Made by a program: the position numbers and the translations under genes
Assembly (NCBI GenBank): GCA_037379345.1
Contig: CM074515.1
Span: 16,182,001 to 16,246,000 of the forward strand
Length of the DNA: 64,000 nucleotides
Source of the DNA: Perna viridis
Taxonomy: Eukaryota
Direction: 5' to 3'
Part shown: positions 10,220-22,200 of the stretch, in pieces
How the letters are laid out: each line of letters starts with the position of its first letter
Numbering within the stretch: position 1 is the first letter of the stretch
Notes under the pieces: generated by a model
What the model saw: only the letters and a program-made list of their open reading frames with translations
Told to the model about the DNA's origin: nothing
Database searches by the model: none

Positions 10220-13200
10220 ATGTTCCTGTACAATTTGACACTCCAAAGGGCCACTGGGATTGCCCAGGCAATCCATGGCAACTTCTCAGGCAGCAAGCTA
10301 CAGGAGATAGTTGTTTCCAGAGGCAAAATATTAGAACTGTTAAAGCATGACCCAAACACTGGAAAAGTTTATCCATTGTTGTCTGTAGAAATATTTGGAA
10401 TGATCAGATCTCTTATGCCTTTCAGATTAACTGGAGGGTCAAAAGGTATTTTTTTACAACAGAATTCTGGAACTATTTCAGTGTTTGCAATGAGTAGGGG
10501 CTTACTTGAGTGGTTTTAAGTTTAATCCCTGTATTTAAAAACTTGTAGAACACAATTATGGACACCCCAATTGATGTGACAAAAAATATATGGGTACAGA
10601 GGTTTCAGGTTTAATGTTAAATTTCTAATAGCAATTCTAGTATATGCACAACAGTGTTTCAAAGTAAAATCTTATCTAATATTAAAAGAAATATAACAGT
10701 TTTACAACATGGAATTTAGTAAATACTTCATTGAATCTTTTCATCAAAACATTTTTCACTTACTTATTGATATCTACTTGAACATTTATTTTTCAGATTA
10801 CATAGTTGTTGGTTCAGACTCAGGAAGAATTGTTATTCTAGAATACATACCACAGAAAAATGTCTTTGAAAGAGTAAGTTTTTCATGAAAATTGAGAATG
10901 TAAGGAACACAGTTTGTTATGAACAGGACTTAAAATAAGGATTTGCCCCTACTAATTTGAAAATGATTCTAGGTGGGGCTTTTGATTTTTTTCTTTTGGC
11001 ACACATGGTAAATGTTTATTTTAGGCAGTTGAAAATAATAAGTTTTAACTTAAATATTTGTAGGACCATTTTGATGTATTTATTATTTTGACAAGAAAAC
11101 CTGTTTTCACGTGCTTCTCTCCCGAAAGATTGTTTTTGCATGTTAGTGGGTTAGTTTGTTACCTATATCTTAATTTTATTTGTTCTTTGTTCACACAGTC
11201 ACACTGTCTGTTCAGTCAATTGTTGTCCCACAAATACAGCTGTACAATTATTGCTACTCCTCTGAAACCACTGAATGGAGTTGAATTGAACTTTCACACA
11301 TTCTTTATCACCTGATGGAGCTGTATGCCTCCTATTGAATTACTCCATCTGAATGACTTTGGGGGTTTCCTATATGGTTTCTGTGGACTGGAGTATGAGT
11401 ATCACTGAAAGAGATTCTTACAATAGTCATCAGAGAATTGAGGGGGTGTTACATATATATTTAGCATGAAACAGAGAAATAAACTGCTTAATGTTCAATA
11501 CATTTTATTGGTTACCTCAGATACATCAAGAAACATTTGGTAAAAGTGGTTGTAGGAGGATAGTGCCTGGACAGTACCTGGCAGTGGATCCAAAAGGAAG
11601 AGCTGTTATGATTGGTCAGTTTTATCTAATTGTCTGCATTGTAGCATTATGATTCACTTTTTATATTTATAAGATATGGTCATATGAAATCATTTGAAGT
11701 ATGAGCATACCAGTGTTGACTAAATTAGATACAAATTAGATTCATGTGTATTGTAATAAATAATGACAGTGTTTTAAAAAAACACCTCAAAACTGGATAA
11801 GCAGAGGAAATTCTAGTTGTAACATTAAAGGGAACATATACCTCCCGCATACTAAGTTGAGGTGTATATAGGAATCAACCTATCTGCATTTTATAGGGGT
11901 AAAAATGACCATTTTATCTCAGTGTTAAAAAACTTCTTGGTCCTGGATGTATGTCTATGGTATTAGGTACAAATGTTTTAAGATTTGAAAGTTTATTGTA
12001 AAAGAATTTTTATGATTTACAGGTGCTGTAGAGAAACAGAAACTTGTATATATTTTGAACAGAGATGCTCAGGCAAGGCTTACGATATCATCACCATTAG
12101 AAGCTCACAAAGCGAACACTCTAGTCTACCATGTTGTTGGTGTTGATGTTGGTTTTGAAAATCCTACATTTGCTTGTTTAGAAATTGATTATGAAGTAAG
12201 TTCCTATTTTTTAATGCAGACGTCTGGTATAAGTTATTGTATTACATATCAAAACCATGTGTTGTTAACTGCAGTGCACTATACGAATCATTTAAGGATT
12301 AGTAGTTGTATCCCCACTCATTTGACTGGGATTGCGATCACCTTGTAGGTCTGTTTGTCATACTTTTCTGTTACATATTTCTCTGCTTCTATTGAAGAGG
12401 ATGCTTATATATTTGGTGTATTGCATGATGACTCACACTGGGTCATACCTTTCTAGGTTCCTCTTTTATCTACTTCCTGTTCACCATACAGCTTAATTAG
12501 ACAGAAATGGTTGAGTTGAGGGAATATTCATAGGATGAGGTACTGTGTAACTTTTTTGTTGATATTTGTGGTGTTTTATTTCATATTTTTGTGGAAGGTC
12601 TTTGGGATCATATTTGTAGGTCATTACAGAATAATCTTGTTGGTTTATTTTGCTGGCACAAACTTGAGGCCAAGTAAATAATAGTCTTGTTTCTTGTTAC
12701 CAGCAAGAAAAAAGGTAGGTAGGTAGGGAAATTATTATATTTTTCTAAAACATTTTACACTGAATTTATTGGAAAACAAGCTTGACTTAAACAGTGGTTG
12801 AGCCAAAATGATATTCAGTGAAGGCACAAAAATTAGGATGGTAGAGTAGCAGGAAACAGACATTTTGAATACTGATCTTTTTTTAATGTTTTTAGGAAGC
12901 TGATTCTGACCCAACTGGAGAGGCTGCAGAAAAAACACAACAGTTATTGACATATTATGAATTAGATTTAGGTTTAAACCATGTGGTTAGAAAATACTCT
13001 GAGCAACTCGATGAACATGCCAATTTTCTGGTATCAGGTGAGATGATGAAGTTGAAGCACAGCTTTGTTTATTATGAATCTTGTTATGAAATATTGAACC
13101 AAAGAAATTATTAACTTGGTAATACATAATCCATTAATATCCACAAGACTATGTCAAGAGAAGATTAATTGACCTACAACTGCATAACATATCAAACTAA

Positions 13201-16200
13201 AATAAATGTGAAAAACGACTTTGTAAATTATTTATGTAGAGGGCAGGATAGGTTTTTCACACACTATCTTAGCTATGTCATGTTGAATGAGTAATGGCCC
13301 TAAGGAAAAGATGCATATATGTTTTTCTGATTTATTAACTTAATTTTATCGGTTTTAGATATCGTCTCCTAGATTTCTCCATTGTACTTATTTTGGTGTG
13401 TAATTTCAATTCAGTGTTATATTGTAATAAAATTTCAAACCTAATTTATATAATAATGTTCTGTTGATAGTTCCTGGAGGAACAGATGGACCAAGTGGTG
13501 TTTTGATATGTTCTGAAAACTATGTTACCTACAAAAATATTGGTGATCAGCCTGATATACGATGCCCCATACCAAGACGCAGGGTAAGATTGAAACTATT
13601 CATTCAATAGTTATTAAGTGACCAGTTGTCCTTCACAGCATTCTTTAAATGGAAATTTGGTAAAAACATTTCAGACTGAATGAATTCATAGTTACATGTT
13701 TTTAAGAACTTTCAAAATCAAAGGGATCAGGATGTCTACTTTTTTAGAGGACTCAGATTTACCTGGGCTTTTACGCATTTTAAATCAAAGGTCTGCTTAA
13801 GAAATACTTTAAGTTCTCACTAAAGTGTTAACAAAAAAGATTGAAGGTGCAAGACTTTCAAAGATCTTAAAAGAGAAATGGAGGGTCCAAGACCTTGGAC
13901 CAGAAGAAATCAAAGCCACTTGTTTATTGTCATTTTGAATTGAGATGTTTCTTAATATATGTGTATGACACTATGTCAATAAAATACTTTGATGTTGCAG
14001 AATGACCTAGATGATCCTGAGAGAGGAATGATCTTTGTCTGTAGTGCTACTCATAAAACTAAAGTAGGTAGAAATTGATATGACTAGGATGTACAATGAT
14101 ATTACTAAATAATGATTGTGTTATATACTAAGTAAGGAAGCACATGTTAAGAACAAAGCAGAAGGTAAAATTTCAAATGTACTTTTTAAAATGAGCATTA
14201 TTAACAAATATTTCAAAGTAAAAATCAGGATACAATAATGCCTGTCAAGCAGTCAGGGGATAAAAAAATATAATTTGTTGACCTTTTAACTAGTGCTTCT
14301 GTTACAAATGATGTCATTAGTATGAGGAAGCTGCTACCCTGAATGCCTGCATAGGCTTCTAAATTTTCATAATGAAGACATGCCTTTTGTTGAGATGGAA
14401 ATAAGCCAAGTTTTCTCTTTGGTTATGAGACCAATGACAATCAGTTTGATATCAATGCATTTCCAGTTGTATTATATTAACCAATAATGAAACAATATTC
14501 TGAAGAGTATTAGTTTCCTATTAAATATACATTCTTGTTTAACATTGTCATGTGAGTATACATTTTCTCTTTTCAGTCCATGTTCTTTTTCCTTGCACAA
14601 ACAGAACAAGGAGATATATTTAAAATTACATTAGACACAGATGAGGATATGGTAAGGAGAATTTTCAAAGGGCAAACATCATGTATTTAAAAAAAAATGT
14701 GTTTTATGTTGAAGTAGATTGGTGTGTCTTAACAAAAAATTCAAAGGTGCAAACATGTTATAAGAGATTATTTTACAGATTGCCAAATCTTACAGTTCAG
14801 TACAAAGCTTCATTGCATACTCAACCTCAGTCGTAATATGGTTAGGAAGAATGGGACACAGTCTTGTTAAATTAATTAACCTGTTATATCATTTTACTCT
14901 TAAAAAATGTTTCTTCTATATTTATGCATGCAGGGAAGGAAAAAATGTTATTTCCTGAATTTTCTTAATGAACTCCTTTTATAAACCTTGGTAAGGGTTT
15001 TATCAGTTGAATTATGGGTATAGCTATTAAAAATTTTAAAAAGAATGTTTGAAAAAAGACTGTATTCAGTTTATTTTTCTATCTTTTATCTCTGGTCTTC
15101 AGTCTTTGGTCTTTCAGTTACTGCTGTAGAAGGATGGTTATTCTTTTTTGTTAGGGTATATAATTTTTTTTTATATGAAGGAAAAGGGTGTTTTAATAGT
15201 TCTTAATCATTTATTCCAGGTTATATCTATTAATTTGAAGTATTTTGACACAGTACCAGTGGCAGCAAGTATGTGTGTGCTGAAGTCTGGTTTCTTATTT
15301 GTTGCTTCAGAATTTGGAAATAGGTAATTTTATTGATGGTATTTTTAACTGGCTTTTATTTCTGAGTTTATTTTTTGTTATTGGTTATGTAATTAGTAAA
15401 AACAAACTTTTTCCGTAACAACAGAATAAAGGTTGTTAGTAACCATAGATATAGTACCATTTGTGGCTGTATTGCTACGCGTTAAGTGCTCTTGAATTTT
15501 AAAATATTGACTTTCCACTGAAATTTCAGGCATGAAAATAAACTTAACTTTAACTTAATTTACCAATTCTGCTAGGGAAAAATTGCATTGTTGTGGGTAA
15601 TGGGAATTGCCTGTACAAGAGACCTGTGTCTTTTATGTTAACAATAGAAAACTGAAATCACTCATACATGTAATATTATTAATTTACATTTATGTTTCTG
15701 TTAAACTGACTGTTTATATTTTCTTTCAGTTATCTGTACCAAATAGCTCAGTTGGGAGATGATGATGATGAGCCCAGATTCAGTAGTAATACACCTCTAG
15801 ATGAGGGTGACACTTTCTTCTTTTCACCAAGGCCACTGAAGAATCTAGTTCAGGTGGATGAAGTGGACAGTCTTTCACCTATAATGTCTTGCCAGGTATC
15901 TAGGGGGATCATTTTTCTTGAATTTATCATCTGCAGAAAATTATTGTTAAGTTATTGGCATAAAAGCCAGTATCTATGATGTTATACATGTAGTACCAAT
16001 GTGCATGCACTCAAACTTATTCCAATCAATTTCTTATCCAAACTGTATAAAATCTTTGGAAGAGCTAGGTTTCTTAAGGTTTATATGGTTATTTGAAAAA
16101 AAATTAAAGTTGTGTGATGATGTCATGATACATACAGAATAATGGCAGTTTTGAAATCAATATAGAAAAAAAATACAAATGTTCCATTGAGTTGTTCAAA

Positions 16201-19200
16201 ATAAACATAATTACATGTATGTTTATTAGTGATGTCATACTAGATTTGATGTAATGCCAATCAAAATTGCTGAAATTTATCAGTACTGATGCAGTCAGTG
16301 TTGGTGTTGTAATACCTACATGTAGTTCAGTATACAGTGCTTGGTTTTATGAAAAAATCTCAAATTGAGATTTTCCTCAAATCTTTCATATCCTTCTCAA
16401 AAACTCAGGATTTAATGAAATTCTCAGCTTGAGATTATTTTATGAAACTCGGACCATAACTAACAAAACTTCCATTTTTAACTACATGTAAATGATATTT
16501 ATGCATTTTTATAGATTGCTGATTTAGCAAATGAAGATACACCACAATTGTACACTTTGTGTGGGAGAGGACCCAGGTCTACTCTAAGAGTTTTGAGACA
16601 TGGATTGGAGGTCAGTATTCAATGTCTTTCAATCTAGTTTTATGTGTTGTGGCAAGGAATAGTACATGTATGCATTAAAAGGTCTTTGGTTTTTTTTTAT
16701 ATATTAAGGCAAGTGATGTATTTTGGGCTTATTAAGAAATAAAATTTATGGTTATTTTCTGAACATTCAAGAATTTGTTTTTTGTTTTGTTTTATTAAAA
16801 AATTGAAAGTTCTTCCAAAAGCCTTTTAGAAATTTTCAGGATCTTAGTTGCAAATCATACATTTCTTAATCAAATCATCATGATGCAACATCTATGTAAT
16901 GATTACATGTTGAGGTAGAAGCTGTTGTTTATTTTTTAGGTATCAGAAATGGCTGTCTCAGAACTGCCTGGTAACCCTAATGCTGTATGGACTGTCAAGA
17001 AAAATGTAGATGGTAACTTTAGATTTCATATTCTGTAGGTGTGTGGACAGTGTTTATAACACTGGAGAGGACTTGTAATTCTTTGTTTTTAGGTAGTAGA
17101 TCCCAAATTAAATGTTCCTGTATCTTATTGTTCCTTATATTTTCTCTCTTGAATTTGAGATACTTTCTACATTTTAAATATTTTTGAAATGCTAAAAGTC
17201 TTTGTAACAGTTTGTAGTTATAGTTGTAAACATTTAATTTGGGTATCTGGTTGATAACTATTGAACAGTCACATTGAAATATTCATGCAGATTGAATTGT
17301 AGTTTTAGAAACAAAGCTTTTATATGAAATATTTATGACATGATTATTGTTCAAACTGCTGTTGTAATACATCTTTGTAAGTTTTTATGAAATCAAGTAT
17401 TTTTCTGCATGAATTTCAAAGTTGACCAACTCTTGTACTTGTCTAAATGTGTGTTACAAACATCATGATCAATAGTAGTCACAGAAGGGCTTGATAGATA
17501 GGGAAAGTTGTTTATAACATTCAGATCTTATCTTGCCTATTCTGGTCATCAGTGTGAAAACTGATAGGGAACAGAAGTCCCTCAAGACCTACAACCTTTC
17601 TTAAGAAGTAGATTAATATGGGCTGGTGCTATGGAACTATTCCAACACCAAGCCTATTTTCTAATTTCAGGTGCAGTCTAAGAAGTTCCATGACAGTAAT
17701 CAGGTGGGTAGGCTGGTAGATATCTCTACTGGCATGACTACATGGTGTACTATGACACTTTAGCTGATTCCATAGAATGTTGCTTCTAATAAAATGGTTG
17801 TCAGTGTCTACAGGTGTTGACACATTTCCAGGAAGCAGATTAAGACCATGCTATTGAACCTTATTTCTAGAATGCAGAGTCTAGTTAGTTGATGACTATG
17901 AAAACAGAAAATCTAGTGCTACAGGATTCTCTCTTAAATGAATGTGACTTAATGTTTTGATTAAGTTTATTTAAACCATAGTTTTGAGCGATTCTGTGAA
18001 AACTTGTTTTTATACCCCTGCAGACGAAGTTAAAGAATAAAGGAATCACACAGTTCTTCTGTTCACTAACATATATCATATAAGCATACATGGAACTTAT
18101 CCTAAATGTAGTTGTGCATGAAGGAAGATAATTTTTTTGGATGCCTGCAACTTAAATTTTGTTTTACATTATAAAATCTTGTTAACACAACTGCTGATGG
18201 TCTATTAATTTTGATAGAATGTATGTAAGTTTTGTATCATGTGCATTAAGGAAAGTAATTTTGGTCTGATGCTTGAGATCATGTAACTTCACAGTTTAAG
18301 ATTATTTATATCCATATGAAGTGGAAGGTATTTTCTTTGAGCTTGTTCACAGTATTTCTAGTTGGTTTGAGACAAGACAAACAAGTAGTTATTGCTTATG
18401 TCTTTTAAAACTTACCATTTAAGTCACATTCAGAGCTTTTCCAACAAAATGTGCAAGTGGTTAACATGTTAATGGTCTTGCATTCAATACTCTTGTGGAT
18501 TGATGGATGTGATTTCTTTAGAATTTGTGAAAACTCTCTATTTTTGTACTCCCACTCAAGTAGTGATGTATACTGGAATTCCCTTGTCAACCTGTCATTT
18601 CATCTGTCTGTCTTTGAGTGTTTTGGTATAAAAGTTTTGTCCATTTGGGGTGCAAGTCATCACTAAGTTAGTTTGGGCTTTTTATATGTAACGAAATGTG
18701 TCCAGATTGTATCTTTTTTTGGCCCTTTGGAACATGATTATTGAAAATTTAATAGAACTTGGAATGACATAAAGCAAACAGTATCATGTTAGCATTATCA
18801 TTGTTGCAAATTAATCAACTTGAGAAATTGTTTAAGTATTTAATTTCAGTAAATACAGGTATAAGGAACTCATCCTTATGAAATAAGAATTGTAGGGGTC
18901 TAAAGCATAATTATAATTTACTGTTCATTCTATTTACAGAGGAATATGATGCCTACATTATTGTGTCCTTCGTAAACGCTACCTTGGTATTGTCTATTGG
19001 AGAAACTGTTGAAGAAGTTACAGATTCTGGTTTCTTAGGTACAACTCCTACATTGTCCTGTTCACAGCTTGGAGATGATGCTCTTGTTCAAGTAAGTTTA
19101 TCAGTTGTATAAGGGAGCATTGATAGAAGTATTGATAAGCAGATCATCATTAAATATTCTGCCACAATATGAAAAAATCCTGGATTCTCATCCAAATTAG

Positions 19201-22200
19201 TTCATAATTTTGGTTGAGTGGGCTAATTTTATGTTTTATCAGTTAAAATGAAAAATGCTGTCAATTTTAAACAAATCATTCGAAATTGGACAAAAAATCA
19301 AAATCAAATTTTTGAGTCTGCTGAATGACAATAAAAATCTCATGATAAAAGTAATGGTATTTTTCAGATTTACCCAGATGGAATTCGTCACATTAGATCC
19401 GACAAGCGTGTTAATGAATGGAAAACACCAGGAAAGAAGAGCATTGTCAAGTGTGCTGTAAATCAGAGACAGGTTGTCATTGCTCTTACTGGTGGTGAAC
19501 TAGTCTACTTTGAAATGGACCCAGTGAGTGTTGTAATATTGTAGTGGGCTATGTGATGAATACTGGGAAATGACTAAACATATTTGTAACTTAGTGGTAA
19601 ACAGCACTGTATGGTTTGGCCTGATAACCTGCAGTAACTTGATAATATGTCCATTGGTTGGGATACACTTTGGTGTAGTTTGATATACCAGAATAATTTG
19701 CTACTATTTTTATGAATAAATTCAATATCTTTGATAATTCCTTAGCACCTTATTATGTAATACATGTATATGCATTTGGTAGAGATACTTTATCTTTTCA
19801 GACAGGTCAGTTAAATGAATACACAGAAAGGAAAGAAATGTCATCTGACGTAGTTTGCATGGCATTAGGAAGAGTACCAACTGGTGAACAGAGGTGTAGA
19901 TTCTTGGCTGTGGGTCTCTCAGATAACACAGTCAGGATTGTGTCATTGGACCCATCAGTAAGTTTACACAGATTTAAAGTTGTTTCATAGTCCGTGAGTT
20001 CCATCAAATCCTCTTTGTGTAATGCAACTCATAAGACATCCACCAGGGTCCTCCATCCAGCTTTGTCTTTTGCTATTCTTTCCATTTCAACCAAATCCTT
20101 GAATGCAGTCAAAATAAATGATAATTAATGATGGATGAATGAATGATATGTGCTTACTGTGTATTTCAGAAAAAAAGGGGAAACTCATTGTGCATTTTGT
20201 TTGAGTGATTACTTGAAATATATTAATGACACACTAAGATGATAGTTAATATAAATGTTTGCTTTATTTTACAGGATTGTTTGTCCCCTTTGAGTATGCA
20301 GGCTTTACCTGAACCTCCTGAGTCGTTGTGTATAGTAGAGATGGGTGGTACAGAGTCTAAAGAAGAAACAGGAGAACCAGGAAGTGTTGGAGGGCTCTTC
20401 CTCAATATTGGACTTCAGGTGTGATATTGTAGTACAAAAACAAAATGTGATATCTTTCAAGTCTTTTCAGAAAGATCTTTCAATTTGAAAATTGTGTTTA
20501 TCTAGTAGAGAGTTTTTGAAGGTACCCTCAAAACTTTTGAGTCATTTGTATTTGAAGAAAATTGAATCAATTGTATTTGAAAAATGCTTCACACAAGTTA
20601 AAATAATGTTATCACTCTATATCATGGGATGAAATTCAGGAAAAAATTGTAAGACAGACTGATGGTAAACTACATGTGAAATTTCTAAGGGCATAAAAAA
20701 GATACAATCTGAACACTGTTTGTTATATTAAAAAAGCCAAACTAGACTTAGTGGTGATCTGCACTCCATATGGACAAAACACTTAAGCCAAAACACTCAA
20801 AGTTTGGAAGGTACCCTCAAAAGGTATGGTCCCCTCCTTTAAAACTCTCATGATATGAAACCGTGACTGTCAGGAACAGTATGAACTAGGGAGTTCTGTA
20901 ATGTAGTGCCTTTATGTGCAAGTAGAGTGTGTGATACCCCCAGTCAACAAGTGGATGATAACTGAAATCACCTGGACTGTCCTTCCATCTGAATTTCATC
21001 GCAATTAATTCAATTCTCATTTTCAAATTTGGTGTGTGGATTTTTATAGATGCTTTATATATTGTAAGTGATTTTTGTTGCTGTCAGGTAACTTCGTGTT
21101 CCATGTGACTTAGCCATTTACACTTTATGGAATGGTAGAGATAATTCTCTGCTCCAATGGAGGAATTGATTTCAAATTTAGTAGTGAGTTTTATATAGAT
21201 ATGGCACAGTTGTAAGCAATTTTCATTGCAGTCCAAAATCAACTTCTTTTACAAGTTAGAGTATACCTAGTGTGACAATGTGTTCAAATTTCATGTTCAT
21301 AATATACATTTTTTAGTAATGAAAATGGTTTGGATAGCAGTATGGTGAATTGAGAAATAACAATTAGTTGTTTTGTCTTTGATTTTAATTACAGAATGGT
21401 GTTTTACTGAGGACAGTATTGGACACAGTAACTGGTGATTTATCTGATACAAGAACAAGATATTTAGGATTAAGACCTGTCAAACTCTTCAGAATAACCA
21501 TGCAAGGATCTGAAGCTGTAAGTGCCTTACTTTCTCAGATATGAAATAATCCTGATATACTATCATTATAATAAGTAAAGTCTGATCATGACAGTAAATT
21601 TTTAAGATGATAATGTAGGATTTGAGTTGATAAAGAGAAAGTAAATGAATGTTAAGGATGTAGAGGTCAATCTAAAAACACTAAAGCCACTCTGTAGGTA
21701 CACTGTTAGGGTTAAGGATAGATTTTAAATGTTTTTCTTTTTTCCATGTTTTGCAATGTTTAAATAAAATATTATTGTATTAATTCTTGTATAGTAATTG
21801 CATCTTTCACGTAATAACCTATTATTAATAAATTTAATCTTCTATTCAGGTGCTTGCCATGTCCAGTAGGTCTTGGCTGAGTTATACATACCAAAACAGA
21901 TTTCATTTGACTCCATTATCATATGAATCACTAGAATATGCCTCTGGTTTTGCGTCAGAACAGTGTCCTGAGGGAATTGTAGCCATCTCCACAAATACTT
22001 TAAGGTAGGTTAAAAAAATACCTCTTTAAGAGTTCAAAGTTCAGCAATAATTTATAATCTTATCGTGTGAGTGCGAAGAAATGTAGATTAAGTCGTGTAC
22101 AAATTTTTGGTGCAGAAAAGTTGGTGCAATTATATACTAAATTTGAATTATTTTCGTGTAGAGCAAACAATGTCTTTATATAAAAGGATTGTGAAGTATA

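Noticed and set aside
11234-11456. Hairpin-rich segment ending in ACA, resembling an H/ACA RNA or U17
   Set aside because: No H box between the hairpins, U17 m1/m2 motifs are not correctly arranged, and CTACTCCTCTGAAACCAC resembles the CTCCTCTGA(A/T)ACTAC core of the dispersed repeats in this window; more likely a TE remnant.
12425-12470. ATGATGA box-C-like motif in SF3B3 coding intron 4
   Set aside because: Similar ATGATGACT... sequence recurs at ~55762 and ~55929 as part of a repeat; no stem, box D or guide.
15896-15905. Possible U12-type donors (GTATCT here and at 26180)
   Set aside because: They do not match GTATCCTT and no U12 branch sequence was seen; treated as U2-type.
16971-16981. 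TAACCCTAA telomerase-template-like sequence
   Set aside because: Lies inside an SF3B3 coding exon (GGT AAC CCT AAT).
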